Under the pieces are notes generated by a model. It did not search any database. It had not been told where the DNA came from and worked only from the letters and a program-made list of their open reading frames with translations. A stretch of 63,468 nucleotides of DNA, counting the filler, from Perkinsus chesapeaki ATCC PRA-425 (taxonomy: Eukaryota; Protista; Perkinsozoa), in NCBI GenBank assembly GCA_013115145.1. It is 7 parts of 7 records of this genome, joined end to end, with 100 filler letters (N's around TTAATTAATTAA, not from the genome) between each part and the next. Parts side by side here need not be neighbours in the genome. Positions count along the whole stretch, not along the records: positions 13,676 to 21,496 come from JAAPAO010001009.1; positions 21,597 to 40,034 come from JAAPAO010000662.1; 5 more parts are not named here. The stretch is one strand, 5' to 3'. This document shows positions 13,676-25,671 of this stretch, in pieces; the stretch's first letter is position 1, and the number at the start of each line of letters is the position of its first letter. Made by a program: the position numbers and the translations under genes.

Positions 13676-14067
13676 GGCTCAGGCCACTACATGCAGCGAT
13701 GCCGGTGGAGACGATTTGGAGAGGACCATGTCAGAGCCGGCCAACGAGATAGATTTAGAGCTCGGCGGCCAGGGTCGTGATGGTTTTGAAGACACGAAGT
13801 AGTAGAGCCTTCTGGGATCGGTATCTTTATAATCTTAGCTGTGCGCAGGTGCTTCGATGACAGTACATGTCCTATTTGCCTTGCTGTCTATAACCCCACG
13901 GATATGGTATGCGAACTGAAGTGTGGCCATCTCTTCCATGAGAAGTGCCTCGTTTCGTAAGTCTTTCAATTGTCGTCTTCCATATGTCCATTCGTCCCTT
14001 TAGGTGGTTCCTTTCCTCGTCGGCCTCGAATTGTCCTATTTGCCGGACCAATGCTGTGGTAGTATAG
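13676..14067 (+). CDS. RING-H2 E3 ubiquitin ligase, 5'-truncated at the contig edge
   Basis: Exon 13849-13956 encodes CPICLAVYNPTDMVCELKCGHLFHEKCLVS. A 47-nt GT-AG intron (13957-14003) follows, then WFLSSSASNCPICRTNAVVV* (stop 14065-14067). Confidence 0.85.
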
Positions 14068-15020
14068 TGGGTGTATTCTGACACCTCTAGCTATTGTTCC
14101 CCTTCAGGTGCGTATGCCAGCGCCAGTTGTAACGCATCATACCGAGTGGAAGTATCCTGATTGGAGCATCCCCGGGCTGGCTGTTTAGATGTCGACTGTT
14201 GATCAGTTGATCTGTTGCTGCTGTATATTGCTGAGATGTTGCAATCCTGTTGCATTCTCACTTCCCCCGGGAGTTACTGCGATGATGCCTATAGTAAATA
14301 TTCTTGTCTTGGCCGCCATCGCCGTCCTACTGACGTGTCCTACTTTTTATAACACTTGCTGTTGTCTGCTACGATGGAGAGGCTCCTCCTGCTGCCGCTG
14401 TGTCGTTGGCAAGTGTACTGTTGTACTGTCTTATTGTCCTTGTACTCTGTATCTTCATCTTTTTTATGTTCTCATCTAGTTCACGGCGCTGTTCAATCTA
14501 CCAAACGACGGTCGCGGAGTGGCACGAACAGTGCCCGCTGCTGTTTATTATTACTTATATATCTTTCTGGGTGCTCATTCCCATACATTCTTGCCAGCGT
14601 CGCTCACTAGTGGAAGTGGAAATCGGCCCAATGCGGCCAGGCTCCTTGTCCATCGCTGCGGCAAGTGGTCTGACATCCTCTCTCGACGATGGATCTTTTA
14701 AGCTCTGACGGTGCCTGCTGCAGATTGTCCAAGTCTGCTGGCACTGTCATCACGGACAGTACTCCGCAATTTCGACCTGTGTCCTCTCTCTGCACACGGT
14801 CCTTCCATCGTTGCTGCTGTTGCGTATTCCTATTAGTATCAGTTCCCTTTGTTTTATTATGCTTAAGGCCTCATGACCTATCGTGGGTTCCCACTGATCT
14901 AATAGCCTTTCCTGTACTACCACATGTGTTGCATTCTTGAGTCTTTCTTAACAAGGAGGATCGTCTGTCACTTTGAGGCTTCGTCCTCTCAGGTGCGTTT
15001 CCTCTTTTGTATTTCTTTCT

Positions 15021-16095
15021 ATGGATATTACTACCACTCTCGCCCCCGTAAACACTGTTTCGGGTGGCGGCGGCGGTGATGCATCACAGCATAACCCGAA
15101 TAATATACTTTTCATCGTAATCGCTGTGATTGGAGCGATCGTCGTTATGGGATCGATCTTTCTGGTGGGTTACTTTTCATACCGCTCCTTTCTCTAATCT
15201 TGAATCAGTTTCGATTATACGTCTGCAACACTTCCCCCTCTTCGTCGGATAATGGTGCTACATCATGGGACGAGGAGTGCCAAGATCCCAGTACCAAACG
15301 GCGGAGCAGGCTGAAGTCCTTGGTCGAGGAGAAGACTGTGCGTGCTGAATATAAGGACTATAAGATTTTACAGAGAAGGCGTATGAGCACTATGGTGAGT
15401 CGGTGCTGCGTTACTTCTCTCTCCGAGCACCCCACTTGCCGATAAGGAACATTCCGGATGACGGAATCCGGTGTTTGATCGGTTCCGCTTCAACTGTGCT
15501 GTACCGCTAGAAGCGCTGTGCTGTCAGGTTTCTTCCTTTGATGAGGGCTCGTTCGACGAGGAGTCGGCCGTCTCTGATACACCTCCCACCGACAACGGCG
15601 CTGCGCAGCGACACCTACATATGGTGGTGTCGTCATTCCAGTTAGAGAGCGGAAATCAGACCAATGACGAGGGTGCCTTCTGTCCCGACTGGAAAATGTA
15701 AAGCTCGGCTTTGTCGTTTAAATAACTTGTACCGCTTCCTGTCTTAGGCACACCAACGGTGCAACTGATTGCGCCGTCTGCCTCGGTGAGTATAAACCCG
15801 ATGATATGGTCTGTGAGTTGGAGTGTGGCCATGTCTTCCATGAGGACTGCTTGTTTAAGTACGTTACCGTTGTGTGTACAGCTCCCCATCAGAGTCTTTC
15901 AGGTGGTTCCTAAGGTCTGACAACGTCCAGTGTCCACTATGTCGTTATGATGTAAGTGTTACGGCTGTTCCTACTGTTATCGCATCACATATTTTTCAGT
16001 TGGAAGACGAGTCGACCCCTCCTCCCCGAAATAGGCTTCAATCAGAAGAACAGGCTCTTGTCGGTTTCTCCGGTTCCCCTCTAAATAACGTCTAA
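15021..16095 (+). CDS. Transmembrane RING-H2 E3 ligase (ATL-like architecture), multi-exon
   Basis: MDITTT...ILFIVIAVIGAIVVMGSIFL TM helix, with a 44-nt in-frame intron after it. C-terminal CAVCLGEYKPDDMVCELECGHVFHEDCLFK|WFLRSDNVQCPLCRYD. Confidence 0.85.
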
Positions 16096-17294
16096 TGTTG
16101 TTGTTGCTGATGATGGTGGTATGTTATTTCTTCTTCCAACTTTATTTTGTGTGTACTACTAGACGGCCAGTTGATACCCACCTTGTGTAGGACTGTTGCC
16201 TGGGTAGTCTCGATAGTATTTGAAAAACTGATCTACCTTGATCTGATGATTTTATGACGACTAATCTCTGTAACCTTTAAAGCCCGGCCATCGCTGTGTA
16301 CCGCTGGTTCGTAGTGGTATACGTTCTCAATTGCGTTGTTATTGCGGGTCTTTGTTGTTGTTGTTTTGCCGGCTAGTACGTATCATTCTGATCGTTCCGA
16401 TCATGGTGATGCTGGGCGTCATTATCTCTGGCAACTACTCTACCTTCAGGGTGACACTGTCATCACAGTGAGACGTTTTTTGCTGTTTCTTCTCCTTTTG
16501 CTGCTGCTGTATCACCAATTCCGCCGTAGCGTTGTTACACTACTCTCCGCTACCAACGGTATTGCCTTCTTCGTCATCCACCGTAGCCCATCCGACGGCT
16601 CTCGCTGTGTACTAAATGCTTCCCAAGTAAATCTCCATAAGGAGAAGTTCGCCGAGTCCACCTCTAGATTGGCATAGTTCTTCTGGGAAGCACCACCGTC
16701 ACAGCGGCAGTGGTGGTGACATTATCCTTCTCCATGTGGTGGCATTATGAATTGTCAATAGTATCTCTTGTCGTTGTCGTCAGTCTTCACGTGATGATGT
16801 TGATGACCTATAATAGTTCCTTAACTCTAGTGATGGCCTCGACCTTTCTCAGTCAGACAGCTATGTTGTGTTGGAAGTATATTAAAAAGACATTCTGAGC
16901 GGTTCTTAGACGCTCAAACTGTTGAGACTTTGGCACCCTCGAATGTCTGGAAACTTACGAGGCTGACAGCTCAAAACTAAAACAACTGGCAATTTGTTTA
17001 CTGACACTGTTAGTTGGCGCTGTATAATACTGTATGCAATTAAAGATGGTATCAGTGATACACCTGTAGCGATCTTCTCTGCCGGGACACTGTCCCGGGA
17101 CAGCCTCTGGGTTCCCAAGCGATGACGCCGTCGTCATAAACAGAGTTGACTAGGTCACCTGTGCCCGACTAACACAACAGCTGTTCTGCCATTTGCGCAC
17201 TAGGTACCGTGTGGGGATTCTTCTACACAGTCGAGAATGTAACCTGATCGTTTTGCGTCTCAACAGTCCGCTGGTTCATTGCATTTGCCTCCCT

Positions 17295-18900
17295 ATGGTT
17301 GGCCAAATTCCCCAGCAGAAGGATATTGACCACTTTAGTCACCTCACCAAAGGTGCACAAATGTCCCCCTTGACCATCATAGCAAATGCTTCTTATATAT
17401 TCAGATTTCAATACCTTATTTGGTATAAATGAAATAGAGCTGAAGACAGTCCTGCCATCCGAGAGAGATCTTAACTTCCTCGCAATCGCTAAATGCCCTA
17501 CGGGTGCGGAGAAGGAAGTGGTCATGAAGGTTTTTGAAGACGCTATCGATCCCACTACGCTCGCGTAGGCTCTCCGCGAGACAATCCTATAATACTTGTA
17601 TTTTTAGATTGCGTCTAAGGGGGCTTGCTGCTGTTTCTAAGGCACACCCGAGCCTGGTCCAGACCCTCATAAAACCGCTGTCTGGCGAATACTTTGTTGA
17701 GATCGAAGGCCGCTTTGTTGCCGTAGTGGAGTTTCTACCAGGTTCGAGGCCACTAGCGGTTTCTGTTTAATACGCTGCTGCGTCAGGCCAACCGCTGGCC
17801 TACTTTCGTAGCTCCAACAATGTTTCGCCGGACCTTCTCCGAGATATCGGTCGCGCCGTCGGTGTTGTGAGCTCCTGCCTTGCGGAGGAGTTCAAGGACA
17901 TCCCCGCCGAGCTTGACCTCCCAGACTTCACCTGGGATATCAGAAACTTTAGTCAAGTACGTTTCTCCCGGCACGGAAATGCTTCCGAAGTCACCTTTCA
18001 GATCGTCGGTAAGTATGTGCATCTTGTAGCCGAGAGGGACAGAGAGTTGGGCAGGATTGTGAGAGAGCAGGCGATTGAGGTCCAGGTATCCCTCAGAGGT
18101 TTGACGCTTCCGTGCCAAGTATGCCAGAATGATGCCAATGAGTAGCTCTAACCACATCGCTAGCTGATGCTGCTTGGCTGCGTGCCAGATACAACATTAT
18201 TGTTAACGAAGGCGACGGTTCAGGGAAAGAGCACGTCGGCATCCTCGATTTCGGCGATCTGTATGCTGGCCTAGTTGTTGCAGTGTGGTATCTGCTCATC
18301 AGGTGCTATACCTACCGTGTTGCCGACCTCTCGATATGCCTAGCTTACCTGTGGCTCGTGTTGGCTGGTAGATGGAGACACGGTGAGATCACCCCACTCG
18401 TTATTGAAGGGTTTCAGTCAGCAGTCCCCTTGAATGAGGACGAGAAGAAGGCAATCATACCACTCGCTGTGAGGATAAGTTGGGATCGCAGGCTACGAGG
18501 CATCGTCATTTACCATCACAACGGAGCTTATATTTCTAGCGTTCTTATAGTACGGTACATGTGAAGCGCGAAAATACTCCTCCGTGAGCATCAAGCTCTT
18601 TTCAAGCATGTGCCTAGTTGCTATTTCATGAGTTCAAGTTTGAATCTGTTAAAATTTAGTTCTATTCACCGTATTCTCCCTTCAGATAGCCAGGGTCTGC
18701 ACCTCCATCTCTGTAGCAGCCAGGAACATTTCAGAGGAACCGGATAATCACTATCACCGTGTTTCCCAGGAGAGCGCTGTGTCATTGATGAGGTCATCCT
18801 GGCTAGACGAGATTTGGTTTTCACATGGAAAGTTTTCAGCCTATTCACTTGTACCTGCGTTTGCAGTCAGTTGCCTTAGTTTCACAAAGCGTCACTCGTT
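17295..18900 (+). CDS. Hydroxylysine kinase-like APH/choline-kinase-family phosphotransferase, multi-exon; ends approximate
   Basis: Motifs in order: LPSERDLNFL, VVEFLPG, DIGRAVG, FTWDIRN, QNDANE|YNIIV, GILDFGDL, RVADLSICLAY, EGFQSAVPLNEDE. Confidence 0.85.
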
Positions 18901-19259
18901 GAACGGGTGTCGACACCCTAGCCGAGATAGACAAGACAATGCATATTTAGAAAGCATCTCTTATAGAAATACCAAGTTATGGTTCTCACAAGCCGGCTGG
19001 TAACAGCCTTATCATCTGATATCGAGCGCCGAAGGCAGCCCCTGGGGCCGCCAAGGCTGGGCCTTTTTCAAAAGTCCCCTAAAGCAATTGCGTGTCCCTG
19101 ACGCCGTCTGAGGGGCAAAGCTCAATCGCGACCTTGCGCGATGATTGTATGATTCAATTGGAATCCTAAGACCCCTCGTCTTGATCAGCTATTCGCCTCA
19201 TGTCTTCTGCTCCCATAAAAAGAGGGGCCATTAACCGGTGCCACTTGGGGCAGCCAAGC

Positions 19260-19970
19260 GCAACGAGCTTCGCTCCCTTCAAACAGCTATTAGACGGTTC
19301 CATGTAAGGATTGACAAACTCGAGTTGCGCCTTCTCAGGAAGCTGCCGTCTCACAGCATTACCGAAGTCACTTCGGCGAAGTGTATCAAAGATGGGCACT
19401 AGACAGCGTCTCGAACCTCCTTTCGGTTTATTCATTCGAGAAAGCGGTGCGCGGCACGTGATGAAGGTTGCTCGTCAGTTGAGGGAGCCTTTCGAAGGAT
19501 GGGCGGTGAAAAACGTTTGCAGATGCCCGTCTACTCGACCCACTCTGAATGGTGCCAGTGTTACCGATGAAGCCATTCGTGAGTCTCCCAACCTTACGAT
19601 TGAAGGACCTTCTCCTGACCGACTACACGCCGGCTGCCACTGGCAGCCTGCGTGAGGCTTGCAGTGGTGCCAATAATGCTGGTCCTGCTGAGGCAGCCAG
19701 ACTCTTTTATGGCAAGTGGTCGGACCTCTGGCAGACCGCTGCCAAGCACTTCCGCGACAACTGGCTGTGCAAGACAAGTACCTGGTTCCAGCAATGCTAC
19801 AACCTGGACCCTCGCGTACCCAGGCATTCCTGCGCAGTCGAGGGGACAAGCTGGGCGTAGCGGAGAGATGAACCCCGTTGAACCAGGGTACATTGTATTC
19901 AACCGGAAGCCCGCATCCGCGAGGAAGCCGGGTGCTGTGAGGACTCGGTGCTGAAACATTGTGTTGATTG
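19260..19970 (+). mobile_element. Possible 3' remnant of a non-LTR (LINE-like) retrotransposon
   Basis: Intronless, GC-richer and frameshifted. Ends in a CCHC-like motif (GCCEDSVLKHCVDCP) typical of LINE ORF2 C-termini. No RT motif seen. Confidence 0.4.
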
Positions 19971-20173
19971 TCCCATTTGTGCTGCTCCGTGAATCTTAGC
20001 TGACTATTTTTAGCTTAGCTATAAAGTGGGTGACATGCCAATTGTAGAATAAGATTAAGTTTAAGTTAATTCCTTTTTTATTTGTGTTTATCAATATGAC
20101 CCTTCCCAGTGAATCCCCAACCGGTGCAAAGTTTTGAAGTATTGCCGCGAACGAACGGACAGGACTTCAGGCA

Positions 20174-20420
20174 GAAGGCGCCGAAATGAAGCCCGTGAGC
20201 TGCAATACGCCGAGCAGGATAAGCGGTGAAATTTCTAAATTCCCTTGNNNNNNNNNNNNNNNNNNNNNNNNNNNNNNNNNNNNNNNNNNNNNNNNNNNNN
20301 NNNNNNNNNNNNNNNNNNNNNNNNNNNNNNNNNNNNNNNNNNNNNNGAAGGCGCCGAAATGAAGCCCGTGAGCTGCAATACGCCGAGCAGGATAAGCGGT
20401 GAAATTTCTAAATTCCCTTG
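20174..20420. repeat. 74-bp direct repeat on either side of an N gap (20174-20247 and 20347-20420)
   Basis: Identical sequence; either a collapsed tandem repeat or an unmerged contig overlap. Confidence 0.9.
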
Positions 20421-21496
20421 CATTTCTAAAAACATAATATTCCAGCGAAAATTTGTCAGGTCCTCGCATACTTCGGATATCCCTAGCGTCGAGAGGCTCG
20501 TCCAACTACTGAGTCAGTACTACTGACTCAGTAGTACTGACCAAGAAACATCCGTTTTTCATTGCAATTATCATGATTGAGCAACTTTGGCTTAGCGCCG
20601 TTAAGCCAAAGTTAAGTTAACGGGGCATAACCGATCTGCTGTAAAGTACCACCGCCCGGTAGCATGGTGAGTTAGCATTGCTAACAGTCTTGATCGTTCA
20701 CCCAGGTGACTACTATCCATCTTAGCTCCACCAGCGCATTACAACTGGCCCACATTTCTCCACATTTCAGGGGCTATTACAACTGGCCCATTGCATTCAT
20801 GGCGAAGCCCGCGGCTTCAAGCCACTACATATCACAACAGAGCAGTGAGCGCACTGAGAAACATGTATGCTTTCTGTATCAATGCTTGCCAAACATCACT
20901 TCGCATCGAATCAAGCTTGTAGTCCAGCCGTCAGCACTATGTTCGAACAAAGACTTCAAACGATTCTCCGCTGATTCCCTTCTACTTTTCATTTAGAATG
21001 TGATGCGTGAGCATTCTAGTATAAAAATATACCTCGATTAACGGATTCTATGTACAACATATCATTACATAGTACATACAGCGATTACGTAGTATGTAAT
21101 CGTTGAGATGTTATCGCGGCTTGCATACTTCCGGATTAATCGAGCACCTCGAGTAATTTATATCCGCATTGGGTCGAGACCCTCGCCTCAAGAGAAGAAA
21201 TTTCAAAGGGACCGTTCCTGAATTGTCACTATATTAGAGATTCAGCGGCATGCCATGTGGCACATGAAGACGCTATCTGGCTATTATGTATCAGATGGTC
21301 GACACCTGCGTTCAAGACGCCCAGCGGGCACTGCCCAACATACTCACTAGCAAACAGCGACTGACTTTCACAGTGAAAGTTTCACTGACCGTCAGTGACT
21401 GACTGTCAGTCTGACTGTATTATGGCCACGGGGTCGAAAGTATCCACAAAGCGGGTCGAAAGTTAACAAACGCGGAAATGTGGTGGTAGAGAGCAA

Positions 21497-21596
21497 NNNN
21501 NNNNNNNNNNNNNNNNNNNNNNNNNNNNNNNNNNNNNNNNTTAATTAATTAANNNNNNNNNNNNNNNNNNNNNNNNNNNNNNNNNNNNNNNNNNNN
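21497..21596. other. Artificial contig linker
   Basis: N-TTAATTAATTAA-N. Confidence 0.97.
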
Positions 21597-24440
21597 GAGG
21601 TATTTGGGGCTACTATTACCTTTGAAAGATCGTGTGGTGGTGGTCCGATGGGCTAGAGTACCGTTTGGTGCCAACTTTTCACCTTGGGCGCTATCTTATG
21701 CTATTCGAGAATCTCTGTTTATTAATAATGGAAGCTTACCGATAGATTATTATGTCGATGACCTGATAATATTCGGCAATGAGGTGGAGGATGTGGAAGC
21801 ATCAAGGGCTATTATTGAGGAACGTCTTGCTAAAAGGGGGTTCCTGGTTAACCAACTCAAACGAACTCACAATTTGCTTGTGAGGGGGGAGGCAATTGGT
21901 GAGCCACGGTTATTATCACAAGTGGCTGAAGCTCATATTGGTTCCTGGTTGGGATATCGTTGGTTTATTGATGTTGATACTGACGTTATGGATGTGAAAA
22001 TACCAGATTTGAGTATTTCTGATCATGGTGCCACCATGATGGTGGTGTGAGTTTGGATACTCTCAAGAGTGTTACAGCCAGATTATATGATCCTTTGGGT
22101 TTATTATCAGAAGTCACATTGCAACTAAGATGTATGATGAAATATTTACATGAGAAAGGATATGGTCATGGTGTAAATGCTGCACTTGGTGTTCAGCTGC
22201 AAGCTCCAGATGAAGAATTTGTTAAGACTGAATTGGCTAGATGTTGTCAATATCTGGATTCAGATCGTTTATTGTTGCCTCGCTTTGTTGATATTGGTTG
22301 TATTTGGGCTTATGCGGATGCCAGTAAAACTTGCATGTCTTATGACATTCGTGATCGTGTTGGTCGTCGAGTGGAATCTAAGATTATTACTTCTGGTCAT
22401 GGGTCTATACCGCTACGTGAATTGGAATCACTGAGGTTGGTAATGGTGACTTTGGAACGTCTGGTTAGTATCAGTGTTACCCTACAAAGCAAATAACCGT
22501 ATCTAGTGATAGCAATATTGTTTTGCATCGATTGAGATGGGTTTTAACTGATAGGCATTCTAAAAAGGTTGAAGAATTGCCAAAACCAGAGTATCGACGA
22601 CTTCAACATATTTGTGATTTGGTTGGCAGTATAAGGCGTTATATTCCTGATGTGGTATTGATATTTCAACATGTAAGGTCTGCTAGTAACTTAGCTGATC
22701 GTTTGACTCGTCCTGGTGATATTATAAGTATGATTCCTGGTGATTGGGAATTAGTTTTTGGTCAAGTAGAGGGTCAGGATGTGTCAGGATGGGATCCATG
22801 TCAGTCAGGATGGGACTGTGTAGATGATGAGTTGTCCTTGATTGATCGTTCTCGAATGCCAGAATGTGCCTTATGTGTTGAATGTGCCGAATGTGTTGAC
22901 ACTATTTCTTGGTATCCTGAGTTTCGCAATCGAGTTTTATTGGCTCAATCAGGGGATTCATTCTGTGTTCATGTAGCTGCTGAATTGCGCTCACATACCG
23001 GAAGTACCCTTGTTAGGTCATTTGCTTTAGACTCGTCTATGGGTCTTTTATTGGCTCGACAATTTCGTAAAGATGGTGATGATGATCTGGTACCTGTTAT
23101 TCCTACTACTGAATTACAAGAAGAATTGATAGATAAAGTACATTTATCTTTTAGCCATCCTGGGATATCCAGAATGGTTAAGCTGGTGAGACGATATGGT
23201 TGGTTTAAAGGTTTATATTGTGCTGTAAAGCGATATGTATTACAGTGCTCGATTTGTGCTCAAGTTAAACTTTAACTGTTAAAGAAGGAAAAATGTTGTC
23301 CAAGGCTATGGGTACTATAAAAGGTTTTATTCCTATGATTTGGGGCGTTGTTGGTTTGGATTTATTTGGACCTATTCGGTTGCAGAACCAGTCCAAGTGT
23401 TGGATTCTTATTGCTGTTTGTTATATAACAAGATACGTGTTGTGCGTTCACCCTCTGCTGCTGATGTTGTAGCTGGTTTTGTGGAAATATTAGCACAAGA
23501 AGGTATTCCTCGATTGGTCGTTCATGATCAAGGTCAATGCTTTATGGCTACGTCGTTCAAGGATGTCTTGGCCCAGTGTCGTATTGTACAAGCTTATGCT
23601 AATTCCTACGACGCTGCGCAAAGAGGATGGATTGAGAGGTGCCATGCTGAATTCGGTGCATTATTGAGAGCTACTAAGTTGGAAGTGGAAAATACTATGA
23701 AGGATATGAATGATGTTCGAAAATGGTGTAGTTTGGCATGTTTTACGATGAACTGTTTGCCTTACTCAGATGCTGAGGATAGTAGGTTAAGCCCTTGGCT
23801 TTGTTGCAGGGCTTCTCGAGGTCTTACAGATTGTATCCTTGGAGAAGAACCTGATATGGTTGAGCAGGTTCAAGACTGGCTTGGAAGTGGGCTTTTATTT
23901 CAAGACCTGACTGATAATATTAAGCGCATTATTGATGACTGTCAGGAAGAATGGGCACGCTCTTTGAATCATTTAAAGGAGCTTTGGTTGGAACGTCGAG
24001 CTGAGGTTCGTCGCAAGTTGAGTCGTGGTCGACGCCCTCATAATGACCAATTGAAGGTTGGTGATACTGTTTGGAAGCGCAACTATGCTGCTGATAGGTT
24101 GAGTGCCTTATTCATTGGTCCATATGTGGTTACTACGATTAATGGTGGTAACATAGGGTTAAAGGATTCGGATGGTGTTATGTCTATGGCTACTGTGAAC
24201 CAGTTGAAGAAAGGTCTTCCCCCTTCTAGAAGGAGAGTGAAGAAGTTGCCTTCAACGAGAAGCGTGACCACTAAAGTGGAGAGGGATGATTTAGAACCTG
24301 AACTTGATGCCGAAGAATTGAGGAAGTGGAGAGATACTGTGACTGGTTCCTCAACTATATTAACTAGAAGTCGCAAAAGGTTATTAGAGAAGGTTGACTC
24401 GGTGATGAGTAGTTCTAAGGTTCCTAAGCGGAGACAATAA
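21597..24440 (+). mobile_element. BEL/Pao LTR retrotransposon pol (RT-RNaseH-integrase), 5'-truncated and frameshifted
   Basis: RT (VPFGANFSP, YYVDDL); Pao RNaseH (RLYDPLGLL, YADAS, IPLRELE, SDSNIVLHRL, QHVRSASNLADRLTR); HHCC zinc finger; integrase core (GLDLFGP...HDQGQCF...GWIER). Frame changes near 22047, 22490 and 23280-23400. Confidence 0.92.
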
Positions 24441-24479
24441 CTCATATCAGTTTGAAGAGCCTATACTCGGCTGAGGGAG

Positions 24480-24727
24480 TGTGATGATATTCGTTTTTTC
24501 ACTGTAATGATCATTGTTTACATATGGTGACAGAATTGTTTTCATACCGTTCCTTTGTCATCTACATTAGTTATTGATGATATAGTATTGAAGAATTTGT
24601 GCAGGAGACAGCCTTGCGCATGCGTGCTAAATTGTTGTGCAAGCTAACCTTCACTGTCTCCATTGAACTGTGCTGTACTTGAAAGAATTGAATCGCATTA
24701 CAAGGTCAAGCTTGCGTTTTCATCACA
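24480..24727 (+). mobile_element. 3' LTR of the BEL/Pao element (248 bp)
   Basis: A purine tract GAGGGAG (24473-24479) precedes TGTGATGA at 24480. The matching inverted terminus TCATCACA is at 24720-24727. Confidence 0.75.
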
Positions 24728-24945
24728 ACTCAAACGTTACTAGCCTAGCCTGGGGCGGGCGCGACGGGCCCTCTCAGACACAATGGGAGACACTATCATA
24801 ACAGGTGTGTTATAACAAACGGTAGTTCCGCTTCACCAGATCCCCGTGAACCCGACGCCGGCATTGTGAGAGATAAATAATGTGTATAATAGTGCAATAC
24901 ATCGAACTGAGAGACAGCCGTCACTAGCTTAGCGGCCCGCCCAGG

Positions 24946-25544
24946 TGTTGTGAGTCCAGATTGATTACTATCTTGCTATACTACTGATTCTCCCACAACT
25001 TGTTATGTCCCGAAGGGTATTGCTATATCCTGGAGAGTTGTCTGATGGATTAAACCTTCGCCATTCCCTTTATAGCTGTCGATCAATTGCAATATCGATC
25101 AATTGCGCACAGTAATTGTGTTTGCGTACACATAGATTGGTGCAGAACTTAACTGCAGTTAGTGCGCTTTAAGCGCAACGCTTATATCTATTGTCCCAGG
25201 GTCGTAGTATTGGTATTCTGGCTCAAGCTCCTTTGTTGTGTTGTTCTCCAGAGTTCATCAACTAATACCGCGACACAGGCTAAGCCTTAGCCTGGGCGCG
25301 CGCGATGGCCCATCGCCGACGGGCTGCGTGTTATCGGGTTCGGTTAAGTAGTTAGTTGATGTAGGACTAGAGGCTCAGATGCGTTAACACAACAGGAGGG
25401 ACCTTGAGGGATAGTTAGCTTACGCTAGGGATAGGAGTGATAACCAAGAACACACCAAGGGCAGGCGAAAACCAACCGCGCCGGCCGCTTAGCTATAGAT
25501 TATTCTAGCACGCATGCACATAGACTGCGCAGAATCCTACAACA
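24946..25544 (-). mobile_element. Candidate 3' LTR of the minus-strand Gypsy element
   Basis: On the minus strand a purine tract (GAAGGGGTAGAA) precedes TGTTGT at 25544. TGTTGT at 24946 is a possible other end (6-bp match only). Confidence 0.4.
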
Positions 25545-25671
25545 TTCTACCCCTTCGAAAATGATGAGACAGACATGAAATGCTTGAATAGATCGACAGA
25601 ACAGACCGACAGAACATGACTCGCTAAGTCTACTAGTGCTACGTAACCGCACACGATCGCCAATTCTCTCA

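Noticed and set aside
20174-20420. 74-bp direct repeat as the termini of a mobile element
   Set aside because: Both copies abut the same N gap; an unmerged overlap or collapsed repeat is the simpler explanation.
25217-25227. TCTGGCTCAAG resembling the 3' end of the perkinsid/dinoflagellate spliced leader; also ACCGTAGCC near 16580
   Set aside because: Only 9-11 nt matches, with no following GT donor or Sm site. Compatible with chance; the first lies in an LTR-like region.
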